A stretch of DNA of 60,392 bases, filler included, from an uncultured bacterium (GTDB taxonomy: Bacteria; Hinthialibacterota; Hinthialibacteria; Hinthialibacterales; Hinthialibacteraceae): assembly GCA_964449065.1 (NCBI GenBank). It is 4 parts of 4 records of this genome, joined end to end, with 100 filler letters (N's around TTAATTAATTAA, not from the genome) between each part and the next. Parts side by side here need not be neighbours in the genome. Positions count along the whole stretch, not along the records: positions 1 to 15,137 come from CAYVAZ010000105.1; positions 15,238 to 30,353 come from CAYVAZ010000106.1; 2 more parts are not named here. One strand, written 5' to 3'. A model generated the notes under the pieces. That model had not been told where the DNA came from. It made no database searches and saw only the letters and a program-made list of their open reading frames with translations. This document shows, piece by piece, positions 8,644 through 19,032 of the stretch. The position numbers and the translations under genes are program-made. Within the stretch, counting starts at the first letter, position 1; every line of letters begins with the position of its first letter.

Positions 8644-9714
8644 CTACTCTTTTACACCTTTTGCAACAAACGGCGGCTTCATCTTCTTTGCTTTCACCTT
8701 CCGACCCCGTATCTCCACATACAACTCCTTCGGGTTACGGTACTCACTCTTCACCAATCCCAAACCAATCCCTTTGTTCAAGGTTGGCGCAAACCCGCCG
8801 CTGGTCAGTTCGCCAATCCCGGTATCCCCGTCAAACAACTTATATCCCTGCCGTGGAATCCCTTTCTCTTCCAGCACCAATCCAATTCGCCGTCTCGGCA
8901 TCCCCTCGGCCTTCTGTTTCACCAATACATCCTTGCCGATGAAATCATCTTTCTCCAAATCCAATACCCACGATAACCCCGCTTCCAGTGGAGTAATATC
9001 TTCCAACAGCTCATGCCCATAGAGCGGGTACCCCACTTCCAACCGCAGAGTATCACGCGCCCCCAGCCCGGCCGCTTCCGCACCCAACTCACGCGCTTTC
9101 TTCCACAATGCCGGCATCTCACCGTTCGGGGCGATGATCTCAAAGCCGTCCTCACCGGTATATCCCGTCCGTGAGAGTATCCAATTCTCCCCAAACGGGC
9201 GCGCGTTGTAATACTCCAACTGCTCCGCGTCTCCGGTCGTCAGCTGCGTAACAATTTCCAGCGCTTTCGGTCCCTGAATCGCAATCATTCCCGAATTCAT
9301 CGTATCGTCTTTCAACTGTATTTCTTCCGGTAAATGCCGGGTAAACCACTCGAATAGTTTTTCCCGGTTGGATGCGTTTACGACAATGAAGTATGAATCT
9401 TCACCCAGACAGGTCACCAAAACATCATCCCGCACTCCACCCTTTTCGTTGCAAACTACGGTGTAACGAACCTTCCCAGGCGGCATATCCGAGACCCGGC
9501 AGGCAACAATCTTTTCGATCGCTTGCGCCGAATTAGCACCCGATACATAAAAGCGGCCCATGTGCCCCACATCAAAGATACCGCAGGTCTTCCGCACGGC
9601 TTTGTGCTCTCCGGTAATCGATGTGTACTGAATCGGCATATCCCACCCGGCAAAATCCACCATCCGGGCTTTCTCATCCAAATGACATTGGTGTAGTGCG
9701 GTTTGAAAAGTCAT
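8644..9714 (-). CDS. gcvT: Glycine cleavage system aminomethyltransferase T
   Basis: MVDFAGWDMPIQY, FDVGHMG, SRTGYTGEDGFE, GLGARDTLRLE. Confidence 0.95.
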   Translation of the reverse strand: MTFQTALHQCHLDEKARMVDFAGWDMPIQYTSITGEHKAVRKTCGIFDVGHMGRFYVSGANSAQAIEKIVACRVSDMPPGKVRYTVVCNEKGGVRDDVLVTCLGEDSYFIVVNASNREKLFEWFTRHLPEEIQLKDDTMNSGMIAIQGPKALEIVTQLTTGDAEQLEYYNARPFGENWILSRTGYTGEDGFEIIAPNGEMPALWKKARELGAEAAGLGARDTLRLEVGYPLYGHELLEDITPLEAGLSWVLDLEKDDFIGKDVLVKQKAEGMPRRRIGLVLEEKGIPRQGYKLFDGDTGIGELTSGGFAPTLNKGIGLGLVKSEYRNPKELYVEIRGRKVKAKKMKPPFVAKGVKE

Positions 9715-9842
9715 AACGTCCTCATTTCGTTCATTTTTCTCATTTTAACAGTCAAATTGCAATGACACTACGGAAGATGAAATGTATTTCCGCTTTATAA
9801 CCAAGGAAATAAAGTCGATTATTAAAGTGGATATGAAACTTT

Positions 9843-9871
9843 TTCAAATTTTTGTAATACTCTGTTATACT
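9843..9871 (+). promoter_or_regulatory. Extended -10 promoter candidate
   Basis: TG-T-TATACT at 9863-9871 in AT-rich divergent intergenic region. Confidence 0.4.
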
Positions 9872-9941
9872 ATTAAGAAGTGAATTTTGGAACGTTTTCT
9901 GCTAGAATTTACTTGTAGAAGTAAACTTTAAAATTCGAAAG

Positions 9942-10709
9942 ATGGTGATGATCGTGTATGCAGAACAATTCTTCTTCAGCCCCAGTACCGATTTTTCGCG
10001 GCTCATTCCCCTATTTGTATTTTTAGGAATAGCGATCATCATCATTTTGATCGTTGCCTTTGCGATATACTACAGCCGCTGGGAACAAAAACAAAAAAAG
10101 GATTTTCACACCTTTCGCAGCCATGCCGCCGATTATGGCCTGGATAAAGAATACATCAAACTCTTGATGCGCTGGGCCAAATGGGCCAAAGTACGCCAAT
10201 TATCCCGCTTACTTACCAATCAGGAAGCGTTTGAAAAACTCATCAAAAAAGTTGAACGCAGAGGTAGCAGCAAGCATCTCGAAATGGGCTTTAAAGATGA
10301 AGCCGTTCACCGAATCCGCATGCAGCTCTTCGGCAAAGACATCACACCGGGGCAAAAAATCAACACCACTTTAGATCTGCGGCCCGGCCTGCGCTTGTTC
10401 ATGCGTTATTTGGATGTTCAAGACACCGCCGTGTGGGCGCATTTGGTTGATATTGAAGACGACGGGTTGATCGTAGCAGTGCCCAAACGCAAACAAATTA
10501 AAGTCCCTCTGCGTCCCGAAACGTGCTTGGAAATCACCGCCTACATCCCCAAACAAGAGCCGGTCACCTTCAACACCAAGGTGCGGCGCGCCATCCCCGG
10601 ACCGCGCCGCATGGTCTTGGTGGATCACTCTTCCTTTATGATTCCCAAACGCAACATCGCCGCGGCCATTCCCGCACGCACACGATCATTCGTTCCCGGC
10701 ACCGCATAA
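9942..10709 (+). CDS. Single-pass membrane protein with a YcgR/PilZN-like C-terminal beta domain
   Basis: N-terminal TM helix; INTTLDLRPG...AHLVDIEDDGLIVAVP...FNTKV pattern resembles the flagellar-brake N-terminal domain; no RxxxR PilZ motif. Confidence 0.5.
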   Translation: MVMIVYAEQFFFSPSTDFSRLIPLFVFLGIAIIIILIVAFAIYYSRWEQKQKKDFHTFRSHAADYGLDKEYIKLLMRWAKWAKVRQLSRLLTNQEAFEKLIKKVERRGSSKHLEMGFKDEAVHRIRMQLFGKDITPGQKINTTLDLRPGLRLFMRYLDVQDTAVWAHLVDIEDDGLIVAVPKRKQIKVPLRPETCLEITAYIPKQEPVTFNTKVRRAIPGPRRMVLVDHSSFMIPKRNIAAAIPARTRSFVPGTA

Positions 10710-10749
10710 CTTAAAAAATCAACTTATAAAGTCGAATCCTCCTTTACAC

Positions 10750-11014
10750 TAGTGGTCTATCAACAATGAAATGATGGTAGGTGAATGCATAACCCCCATT
10801 GTTAAGGAGTCTGTCGTTGTTGCCCCCCTTGTTAAGGGGGGTAAGGGGGGATCGAAGCACGCTTCCAACGACGCAAAATCCCCCGGAGCCTACGGCTCCA
10901 CCCCCTTATGCAAGGGGGTTGTGGCACTGCGCTTCGCTTGTGAATAACTAATCCCATTCATTTCATGTGGATGGTTAAGGTATCACCCATCATGTCAGCC
11001 TTGATGAACTACTA
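10750..11014. mobile_element. MITE-like element family A (long copy, ~265 bp)
   Basis: ACTAGT at both ends; TIRs CTAGTGGTCTATCAA / TTGATGAACTACTAG (12/15); internal CCCCCCTTGTTAAGGGGGG and CCCCCTTATGCAAGGGGG hairpins; last 101 bp 98/101 identical to reverse complement of 45386-45486. Confidence 0.8.
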
Positions 11015-11118
11015 GTACTATGACCGAGTCATTATGCCGGGTTAGATTGGGAGGGCGAGGCTCCCGCCGAGCCACGGAATTTTCACCTTACCCGACACAT
11101 TTTGCCTGTTAGTGTATT
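11013..11118. repeat. Element family B, second copy
   Basis: Core GGGAGGGCGAGGCTCCCGCCGAGCC at 11049-11073; flanks match 5356-5457. Confidence 0.7.
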
Positions 11119-11198
11119 GGGGGGATTCGATTTTATTCACGTTCATGACAGAACGTTAAATCTTCAAACACGCTTCCTTCCAAATAGACACAACCGTT

Positions 11199-11228
11199 AT
11201 TGGCGTGTATTCGCGTGCATTCGCGGTT
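11199..11228. repeat. ATTCGCG-based 10-bp tandem repeat (3 units)
   Basis: ATTGGCGTGT ATTCGCGTGC ATTCGCGGTT; last 20 bp identical to 29621-29640. Confidence 0.7.
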
Positions 11229-11338
11229 TATCAAAATCGCCTGCATCAAACCCACTCGCCACTGCCTCCTAGGGTTGGATGAAATACACTTCTTCTTATA
11301 TGATGATATAACCATTTCATCGTGAAGGAGCTATTTTC

Positions 11339-12562
11339 ATGAACACCAATTCATCCCATCAATATACCCGACGTGATTTCGTCAAAAACACGTCGGTTGC
11401 AGCCGGACTCATCGGTATCAGCGCCAAAACCGCGTTGTCTGTGGAAGCCAATTCGGCGCTGCAACTCGGTGTCATCGGCTGTGGAGGCCGCGGCAATTCC
11501 GACGCCAATAATTTTATCCGTTCCACCAAAACCCACGTTGTCGCGCTGGCCGATCTCTTCCAAGACCGCTTGGACTGGTTCCAAGACAGCATCGGCAAAC
11601 GCCAAGTCGGCCTCGGCGGACCCAAGATCGAAGATTCCCGCAAATACCAAGGACCGGATGCGCATAACGAGTTGCTGCAATCCGATGTCGATATGATCCT
11701 CATCACCAGCCCGCCCTACTTCCACCCCGAACATCTGGAAGCCACCGTCAAGGCGGGCAAACATGTGTATTTGGAAAAACCCACCAGCGTGGATGTGTAT
11801 GGATCGAACCGCGTATTGGAAGCCGGAAAAAAAGCCAACGGCAAACTCAGCCTGATGGTCGGCCACCAAATCCGTTTCAGCAAGCAGTTCCAAGGGGTGG
11901 CTGAACGCATCCACAAAGGCGATATCGGCGAACCGGTCTGCGGGCAGGCCTACTTCCACACCGGACGCCTCGGCCCGCGCGGCGTCGAAGGTGCCAGCGC
12001 ACAGGAAAACCGCCTGCGCAATTGGGTGTTTGATATCACCCTTTCCGGCGACATCATCGTCGAGCAAAACGTGCATGTGCTGGATATCTGCAACTGGTAC
12101 TTGCAAGACCACCCCGTCAAAGCCGTGGGAACCGGCGGCCGCAAAGCCCGTGTCGATGTGGGCGATTGCTATGACCATTTCATCGTCACCTATTGGTACC
12201 CCAACGATGTCAAACTTGATTTCGCTTCCACCCAGTTTCTACGCGGTTGGAGCGACACCCGCGAACGCATCTTCGGTACCAAAGGCGTGGCCGATTCGCC
12301 CTACAGCGGTTACCCGCAAATTTATGGAGACAAGGCCTGGCGCTCAGACAGTGACAACCCGCTCGGAAGTTCGACCGTACCCAAGATGAAAGCGTTTGAA
12401 GAAAGCATCCGCGGCGGCAATTTCGTCAACGAATCCGAACAAGCGGTGAAAAGCACCCTAACCGGAATCTTAGGCCGCATCGCCGCCTACGAAGAACGCA
12501 TCGTCACCTGGGATGAAATGATGAAATCCAACCTCCACCTCGATGCCGGCCTCGAGTTTTAA
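11339..12562 (+). CDS. Tat-exported Gfo/Idh/MocA family oxidoreductase
   Basis: TRRDFVK twin-arginine motif; GVIGCGGRG; GKHVYLEKP; SD AAGGAG. Confidence 0.9.
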   Translation: MNTNSSHQYTRRDFVKNTSVAAGLIGISAKTALSVEANSALQLGVIGCGGRGNSDANNFIRSTKTHVVALADLFQDRLDWFQDSIGKRQVGLGGPKIEDSRKYQGPDAHNELLQSDVDMILITSPPYFHPEHLEATVKAGKHVYLEKPTSVDVYGSNRVLEAGKKANGKLSLMVGHQIRFSKQFQGVAERIHKGDIGEPVCGQAYFHTGRLGPRGVEGASAQENRLRNWVFDITLSGDIIVEQNVHVLDICNWYLQDHPVKAVGTGGRKARVDVGDCYDHFIVTYWYPNDVKLDFASTQFLRGWSDTRERIFGTKGVADSPYSGYPQIYGDKAWRSDSDNPLGSSTVPKMKAFEESIRGGNFVNESEQAVKSTLTGILGRIAAYEERIVTWDEMMKSNLHLDAGLEF

Positions 12563-12841
12563 AAGTTCCCCCATGTAAAGGGGGGGATTAAAACAGCAGG
12601 ATGGGAGGGTAAACCTCCTGGTAAGCCAAACAGGTAAGCGCCTATAGGCAAGTGAAAGGAATGCTTTGAACATGCCGGTCAGAAATGGAGGGTTGCTGAC
12701 GCAAGCCCCCCATAGTTTAATTATGCTTTCCCGAAAATTTTGTTTTCAGTTGGTATTACTGATTAACTCATACGCCGTAATAACAAAAACATTACCAGGA
12801 TGAAGACCATAGATTACTTGTAAATTTCTACCTGAATTGTT

Positions 12842-14125
12842 TTACCCCGCCGCCGCTTTAAACGCCTCTGCGGCGGCGCGGACAGTCATATCGATATCAT
12901 GTTCGGTGTGGGCGCTGGATACAAACCACGCTTCATAAGCGGAAGGCGGCAGGTACACGCCTTGCTCCAGCATTGAGCGCCAGAACGTAGCGAACTTCTC
13001 CGTATCCATTTTCTGGGTGGAGGCAAAATTCCGGATCGGTTCTTCGCTGAAGAACACCGTCATCATCGAACCCACCGCGTTCACGCGAATGGGCACGCCG
13101 GCCTCGCGCGCTTTCTCAAACAGCCCCTGGACGAGATAGGCGGTTTTCTTTTCCAGGCTGGCGTAGAAATGATCGTTGGAGATTAACTGAAGTGTCGTGA
13201 TCCCGGCAGACACCGCTACCGGATTTCCGGAGAGGGTTCCGGCTTGATACACATCACCCGCCGGGGCAATCCTATCCATAATGTCCGCCCTGCCGCCGTA
13301 GGCGCCGATGGGCATCCCCCCGCCGATGACTTTTCCCAGCGTAGTGAGATCGGGCAGGACTTGATAGCGTTCCTGCGCCCCGCCTTTGGCGACCCGAAAG
13401 CCGCTCATCACTTCATCAAAGATCAGCAAAGCGCCGTGTTGAAGCGTGATCTGCCGCAGTGAATCCAAATACCCCGGTTCCGGCGGAACAACGCCCATGT
13501 TTCCGGCAACCGGTTCCAGAATGACAGCGGCGATTTCACCCTGACATTTTTCAAACGCGGTTTTTACCGCTTCGGCATCATTAAACTCAACCAGAATCGT
13601 ATCTTCTACTACGGAGGTGGGCACACCCGGTGTGCTGGGGATGGAAAGCGTCGCAATTCCCGAACCAGCGCTGGCCAGCAACGCGTCATGATGGCCGTGA
13701 TAGCCGCCGATCATTTTGATCAGTTTATCGCGCTTGGTATACGCGCGCGCCAGCCGCACCGCGCTGAGGGTTGCTTCTGTACCGGAATTCACCAACCGCA
13801 CCTTCTGCACGGACGGCACCGTATTGACCACCATCTCCGCCAACTGCACTTCGAGAGGGGATGGCGCGCCGAACGACAAACCTTTCGCCGCCGCGGTTTG
13901 CACCGCCGAAACCACTTCTTGATGCGCATGGCCTAAAATCAACGGCCCCCACGAACAGACATAATCCGTATACACCTTGCCGCTGGTATCGGTGAGTTTG
14001 CTGCCTTTTGCCTCAGCCACAAAAAACGGGTCTCCCCCTACCGCGTTCCAAGCCCGAACCGGGCTGTTAACCCCACCGGGAATATACTGTGCCGCTTTCG
14101 CTATCCATTCTGCTGAATTGGTCAT
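12842..14125 (-). CDS. hemL: Glutamate-1-semialdehyde 2,1-aminomutase
   Basis: PGGVNSPVRA, YVCSWGPLILGHA, NSGTEAT, FDEVMSGFR, TTLGKVIGGGMP, YQAGTLSGNP. Confidence 0.95.
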   Translation of the reverse strand: MTNSAEWIAKAAQYIPGGVNSPVRAWNAVGGDPFFVAEAKGSKLTDTSGKVYTDYVCSWGPLILGHAHQEVVSAVQTAAAKGLSFGAPSPLEVQLAEMVVNTVPSVQKVRLVNSGTEATLSAVRLARAYTKRDKLIKMIGGYHGHHDALLASAGSGIATLSIPSTPGVPTSVVEDTILVEFNDAEAVKTAFEKCQGEIAAVILEPVAGNMGVVPPEPGYLDSLRQITLQHGALLIFDEVMSGFRVAKGGAQERYQVLPDLTTLGKVIGGGMPIGAYGGRADIMDRIAPAGDVYQAGTLSGNPVAVSAGITTLQLISNDHFYASLEKKTAYLVQGLFEKAREAGVPIRVNAVGSMMTVFFSEEPIRNFASTQKMDTEKFATFWRSMLEQGVYLPPSAYEAWFVSSAHTEHDIDMTVRAAAEAFKAAAG

Positions 14126-14232
14126 GGGTACCTCATCTTCCATAGGATTTGTGCAATCGGTGGATTGCATGAACAAAATGATCGCTGGAAAATTATACTG
14201 AGAATGAAACGAAGTGAAACGGAGGGAGAAGA

Positions 14233-14306
14233 TAGCAGCGTAGGGAATCGAACCCCAAACCTCACGGATATGAGCCGTGCGCTCTAACCGGTTGAGCTAC
14301 GCTGCC
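14233..14306 (-). tRNA. tRNA-Met (CAT), probably elongator; CCA not encoded
   Basis: GGCAGCGTAGCTCAACCGGTTAGAGCG CACGG CT-CAT-AT CCGTG AGGTTTGGGGTTCGATTCCCTACGCTGCTA cloverleaf. Confidence 0.9.
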
Positions 14307-14326
14307 AGATCTAATTTGCGAGATAA

Positions 14327-14353
14327 ATTATAGCACAAAATAAACGGTGTCAA
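14327..14353 (-). promoter_or_regulatory. tRNA-Met promoter
   Basis: On minus strand TTGACA, 15 nt, TATAAT preceded by TG (perfect extended -10). Confidence 0.6.
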
Positions 14354-14373
14354 CTAAATCCTTACGAATCTTG

Positions 14374-14790
14374 TCACTGAACCAATTCATCATCTTTAAA
14401 GAACAACGCAACCTCACGTTTGGCGCTTTCGGGAGAATCGCTGCCGTGCACCAAATTGCGGGTGAAGTTGTTGCCGAAGTCGCCGCGCAGGGTTCCTGGA
14501 GCGGCTTCGATGGGATTGGTCTTGCCCATCATGGTGCGTACCGCAGTGATGATGTCGTCGCCTTGCCACACCATGGCGACCACCGGGCCGCTGGTGATGT
14601 ATTCAATTAATTCGCCGAAAAACGGTTTTTCTTTATGCTCACCGTAATGCTCTTCGGCCAATTCTTTGGGAATTTTCATCAATTTCATGCCCACCAACGT
14701 CCAATCGCGTTTTTCCAGGCGTTGAATGACCTCTCCTGCCAATTTTCGTTGTACCCCATCCGGTTTTACTAACAATAACGTTCGTTCCAT
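14374..14790 (-). CDS. ndk: Nucleoside diphosphate kinase
   Basis: [43 protein letters not shown]. Confidence 0.97.
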   Translation of the reverse strand: MERTLLLVKPDGVQRKLAGEVIQRLEKRDWTLVGMKLMKIPKELAEEHYGEHKEKPFFGELIEYITSGPVVAMVWQGDDIITAVRTMMGKTNPIEAAPGTLRGDFGNNFTRNLVHGSDSPESAKREVALFFKDDELVQ

Positions 14791-15137
14791 GATTCTCTTC
14801 TTCCTCACAAAAATTTGGATGCGGGTGTAAAGATAGCCTGTGTTTTTCAATTGACAAGAACGGGATGTTGATCTGCGTTCAATAATTGCAATATAATTGC
14901 AATAAATAAAAAATAAACAGGAAGTCTATGCGTATCAATCTGTTGCAAATCTTGCTTATTTTACACTAATTATGAACCATATAATCTTCCCTTTTAATTG
15001 GAATGGTTGAAGTGATAGGCCAACAAGGTTCGCACGGAAAATTCAATTCGTTCAATAGCATCCAAGAGCAGTAAGCGCAACAGGCGGTCAAACGTGTACC
15101 GTCTCCAAATCATTTCAAATGTTGTTCCGGGTTTAAA

Positions 15138-15237
15138 NNNNNNNNNNNNNNNNNNNNNNNNNNNNNNNNNNNNNNNNNNNNTTAATTAATTAANNNNNNN
15201 NNNNNNNNNNNNNNNNNNNNNNNNNNNNNNNNNNNNN
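15138..15237. other. Artificial contig linker (N44-TTAATTAATTAA-N44)
   Basis: Six-frame stop linker flanked by N runs. Confidence 0.97.
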
Positions 15238-15535
15238 TATTTTTACTATCTGATTTTTTCTCTTTTTTCTTATCCGATTTTGAATCCGCTTTGCTTTCGG
15301 TTTTATCGGATTTCGCATCTTCTTTTCCATTTTTGGAAGATTCCGAGTCTTTGCGCTTGTAATCGGTTTCGTAGAATCCGGAGCCTTTAAAGATGATTCC
15401 CGCGCCGATGCCTAGCAGGCGGCGTACGCTATCGTTGTTGCATACCGGACAGGTTTTGATGGGGTCATCCTTAATGGAATGAAATTGTTCAAATTCGTGT
15501 CCGCACTTTTCACATTCGTATTCGTATGTCGGCAT
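15238..15535 (-). CDS. FmdB-family zinc-ribbon protein (3' end cut by contig break)
   Basis: MPTYEYECEKCGHEFE...CPVC...IIFKGSGFYETDY; K/S/D-rich tail. Confidence 0.9.
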
Positions 15536-15582
15536 TGCATTTCACCTCATGGGTTAAAATAAAAGAATACTATTGTACTTGA

Positions 15583-16167
15583 TCAGACAGCTTCGTCTGT
15601 GGTTTTCTCTTCTTCTGTTGCAAATATTTCTGTCAGGGGTAAAGACACTCCTTCCAGGCTTTGTAGTTCGATGGTTTCATCCGTGTCGAAGACGGTGCCG
15701 GAATCGTATTGTTGATTTTGCCGCAATAAGAACCGCTCGGCAAATGATGATTCTATATTTACTAAAATATATTCTCTGACTCCATGCACCGCATAGAGTT
15801 CTTTTTTTATTTTGCGGTCTTTTTTTTCCGTCGAATCACTTAGAACCTCAAAAATCAAATCGGGCGCGCCCTGCACGTTTTTTCTGTTCTCTAATTTTTT
15901 CGGATCACACACCACAAAGACATCCGGCTGCACGACATCGTGTTTTGAAAATACGACATCCGTGGGCGCGCAAAACACTTTGCATTTTTCTCCTTTCAGT
16001 TTTTGCTTAAGAAATGCAAGTATGTTTCCGGAAACATCCTGGTGATCCAGTTTCGGCGCGGGGGCCATGTTGTAGGCATAGCCGTCAATAATTTCCCACC
16101 GCTCGTCATCACCCCAGGTGACGTAGTCATCATACGTGTAGCGTTCATCCGGTTTGGGCAGCGGCAT
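15583..16167 (-). CDS. Uma2 (DUF820) family endonuclease
   Basis: YTYDDY...WEIIDG...MAPAP..H; VVQPDVFVVCD; GAPDLIFEVLS; YAVHGVREY; SD AAGGAG. Confidence 0.9.
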   Translation of the reverse strand: MPLPKPDERYTYDDYVTWGDDERWEIIDGYAYNMAPAPKLDHQDVSGNILAFLKQKLKGEKCKVFCAPTDVVFSKHDVVQPDVFVVCDPKKLENRKNVQGAPDLIFEVLSDSTEKKDRKIKKELYAVHGVREYILVNIESSFAERFLLRQNQQYDSGTVFDTDETIELQSLEGVSLPLTEIFATEEEKTTDEAV

Positions 16168-16277
16168 CTTCGTCTCCTTGAAGCAACGGGGGACGCGCAG
16201 CGGGCATTCGCCGCGCATCCGTTCTGCTATATCTGTCCCGCGCTACGCGCTGTTGTCATAGCGTAGCGGTCTTCAGA

Positions 16278-18248
16278 TTACTTCTTGTCTTCGCTTTCAA
16301 CCGTGTATTCGGCATCGACGACATCTTCATCACTTGTTGTGTTTGTGGAAGAAGAGTTGCTCTCACCGGCTGCTCCACCGCTTTCCGGTTGCGCGCCCAT
16401 ATCCGGCTGGGCTTGGCCCGCTGCGCCGCCTGCCGCGGCTTGCTGTTTCGCCATTTCTTCGTAGATGACTTTGCCCAGTTCTTGGCTGGTTTGTTCCAAG
16501 GCCTCTTTCTTGGCTTTGATGTCATCGATTGTGCCGGATTCAAGCGCGGTTTTCAACTCATCGCGCGCGGTTTCGATCTTTTGTTTGATCTCAGGCGAGA
16601 CTTTATCGCCGTGTTCGCTCAATGATTTTTCGGTGGCATAGACCAAGTTGTCGGCTTCGTTGCGGACACCGGCTTCTTCTTTTTTCTTCTTGTCTTCTTC
16701 CGAATGCAATTCGGCATCTTTGACCATGCGGTTGATTTCATCTTCCGACAAACCGCTGGAGTGTTCGATGCGGATTTTTTGTTCTTTGCCGCTTGCCTGG
16801 TCTTTGGCACTTACGTGCAAGATGCCATTGGCATCGATATCGAATGATACTTCAATTTGCGGCATACCGCGTGGTGCCGGCGGGATGCCTTCCAAGTTGA
16901 ATTCACCAATCAACCGGTTTTCAGAAGCGATTTCACGTTCGCCTTGAAAGACCTTAATCGTCACCGCGGTTTGATTGTCGGCTGCTGTCGAGAAGGTTTG
17001 GCTCTTCTTCGCCGGAATGGTGGTGTTACGCTCAATTAAGCGTGTGAACACGTTGCCAAGCGTTTCGATGCCCAGTGACAAAGGAGTCACATCAAGCAGC
17101 AAGACATCTTTGACGTCTTTGGTTAACACACCGCCTTGAATGGCGGCACCGATGGCAACCACTTCATCCGGATTCACGCCTTTGTGCGGATCTTTGCCGA
17201 ACAACTCTTTCACTTTTTGCTGCACCAGCGGAATCCGGGTGGAGCCGCCGACGAGAATTACCTCATCAATATCGGAGGCTTGCAGACCGGCGTCTTGCAG
17301 CGCGCTGCGGCATGGCCCCATCGTGCGTTCCACCAAGGGGCCGATCAACTGCTCGAATTTCGAGCGGGTGATTTTTTGCTGCAAGTGTTTCGGCCCGGTG
17401 TTGTCTGCGGTAATAAACGGAATATCGACGGATGTTTCCATCGCGGATGACAGTTCGCATTTGGCTTTTTCGGCCGCGTCTTTGAGGCGCTGCAATGCCA
17501 TGGGATCGTTGCGGATGTCGATCCCGTTTTCTTTTTTGAATTCTTCGGCGATGTAATCAATCAAGACCAAGTCAACATCATCACCGCCGAGGTGGGTATC
17601 ACCGTTGGTGGATTTCACTTCAAACACGCCTTCGCCGAGTTCGAGGATGGAGATATCGAAGGTGCCGCCGCCAAAGTCAAATACGGCGATTTTTTCATCA
17701 TTCTTTTTATCCAAACCATACGCCAACGCGGCAGCTGTGGGTTCGTTGATAATCCGCAAGACTTCGAGACCGGCGATTTTGCCGGCGTCTTTGGTGGATT
17801 GGCGCTGGCTGTCGTTAAAGTAGGCCGGTACGGTTATCACGGCTTGGGTGACTTCTTGGCCCAAATAGTCTTCGGCGGTTTGTTTCATTTTCTGCAGAAC
17901 GCGCGCGCCGATTTCTTCCGGCGAATAGGTCTTGCCATCGACTTCAAACGAGGCTTTGCCTTCTTTGCCGCTGACGACTTTATAGGGTACTTTTTTGATT
18001 TCTTCATCCGCTTCTGAAATCGTACGGCCGATGAAGCGTTTGGAAGAATAGATGGTACGTGCCGGGTTGGTGATCGCCTGGCGTTTGGCGACCTGGCCGA
18101 CCAAGCGTTCGCCGCTGTCGGTAAACGCGACCACGGATGGGGTGGTGCGGTTGCCTTCCGCGTTGGAAATTACTTGCGGTTCTCCGCCTTCAATAACTGC
18201 AACAACTGAGTTTGTCGTTCCTAAATCAATGCCTATCACTTTACCCAT
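16278..18248 (-). CDS. dnaK: Chaperone DnaK
   Basis: [49 protein letters not shown]. Confidence 0.99.
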   Translation of the reverse strand: MGKVIGIDLGTTNSVVAVIEGGEPQVISNAEGNRTTPSVVAFTDSGERLVGQVAKRQAITNPARTIYSSKRFIGRTISEADEEIKKVPYKVVSGKEGKASFEVDGKTYSPEEIGARVLQKMKQTAEDYLGQEVTQAVITVPAYFNDSQRQSTKDAGKIAGLEVLRIINEPTAAALAYGLDKKNDEKIAVFDFGGGTFDISILELGEGVFEVKSTNGDTHLGGDDVDLVLIDYIAEEFKKENGIDIRNDPMALQRLKDAAEKAKCELSSAMETSVDIPFITADNTGPKHLQQKITRSKFEQLIGPLVERTMGPCRSALQDAGLQASDIDEVILVGGSTRIPLVQQKVKELFGKDPHKGVNPDEVVAIGAAIQGGVLTKDVKDVLLLDVTPLSLGIETLGNVFTRLIERNTTIPAKKSQTFSTAADNQTAVTIKVFQGEREIASENRLIGEFNLEGIPPAPRGMPQIEVSFDIDANGILHVSAKDQASGKEQKIRIEHSSGLSEDEINRMVKDAELHSEEDKKKKEEAGVRNEADNLVYATEKSLSEHGDKVSPEIKQKIETARDELKTALESGTIDDIKAKKEALEQTSQELGKVIYEEMAKQQAAAGGAAGQAQPDMGAQPESGGAAGESNSSSTNTTSDEDVVDAEYTVESEDKK

Positions 18249-18286
18249 TTTATCATCTCCTTGTCATTTATTATTTCTTCAACGAA

Positions 18287-19003
18287 TCATTCTTCTGAAT
18301 CTTCTTCACTTTTTTTATCTTCTTGCTGAGCAGGCGCGATGGCTACCTGCACTTTGGGGGCTTGGATGACCCGGTCTTTGAGTTTGTATCCGGGGGAGAA
18401 TTCTGTTACGATATGACCCGGTTCCTGCTCTTCGGTTTCGACTTGGGCGACTGCCTCGTGCAGATTGGGGTCAAACGGCTGCCCGACCGATTCGATTTTT
18501 TCCAGCCCGTTTTCTTTTAAAATACCGGTCAATTGGCTGTACACCATTTCCACACCCTGACGGTACGAATCGAGATCCTGCGATTGATTGGCGGTTTCGA
18601 GCGCGCGGCCGAATGAATCCACCACCGGGAGCAACTGCTCCAGGAAGTTTTGCAACAGGTACGAGCGCATGTCTTCTTTCTCGCGCTGTGTGCGTTTGCG
18701 GAAGTTGTCGAATTCCGCTTGCAGGCGTTTTAGATGTTCAAGATAATCGTCCCGTTCCCGGACGGTTTTTGCGAGTTCTTCGAAATCACCTCCTGTATCC
18801 GGACGGGAAGTTTGTTGTTCGTTTGCGTTGTGCGCTTGCACATCGTCTTCATTTGTATGTTGTTCTTCTTGTACTTTTTGTTCCTGCAAGGTCTCGTCCG
18901 TCATCGTTTCATCGCCTTTCCCGTTTGGGTGTTCTTGTTCTTCGTTCCATTTCTCTTCTAAGGCAAACTTGATTTGTTTTGCGTTCATCGATTCTTCAGC
19001 CAT
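18287..19003 (-). CDS. grpE: Nucleotide exchange factor GrpE
   Basis: RLQAEFDNFRKR, LLPVVDSF, FDPNLHEAV, GYKLKDRVI. Confidence 0.95.
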   Translation of the reverse strand: MAEESMNAKQIKFALEEKWNEEQEHPNGKGDETMTDETLQEQKVQEEQHTNEDDVQAHNANEQQTSRPDTGGDFEELAKTVRERDDYLEHLKRLQAEFDNFRKRTQREKEDMRSYLLQNFLEQLLPVVDSFGRALETANQSQDLDSYRQGVEMVYSQLTGILKENGLEKIESVGQPFDPNLHEAVAQVETEEQEPGHIVTEFSPGYKLKDRVIQAPKVQVAIAPAQQEDKKSEEDSEE

Positions 19004-19032
19004 AATTGCCACCTTAATGACACCTTGTTAAC

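Noticed and set aside
11133..11315. Short ORFs over repeat regions (also 5385..5567, 27883..28068, 34767..35000)
   Set aside because: Translations derive from the repeat sequences; no RBS or family support
11339..12562. Tat-exported Gfo/Idh/MocA and TIM-barrel proteins as a single glycoside-degradation locus
   Set aside because: The three genes are on different contigs and belong to large paralogous families
15138..15237. TTAATTAATTAA palindrome recurring every ~15 kb (also 30398, 45531)
   Set aside because: Artificial six-frame-stop linker within N runs; gene adjacency across these points is not biological
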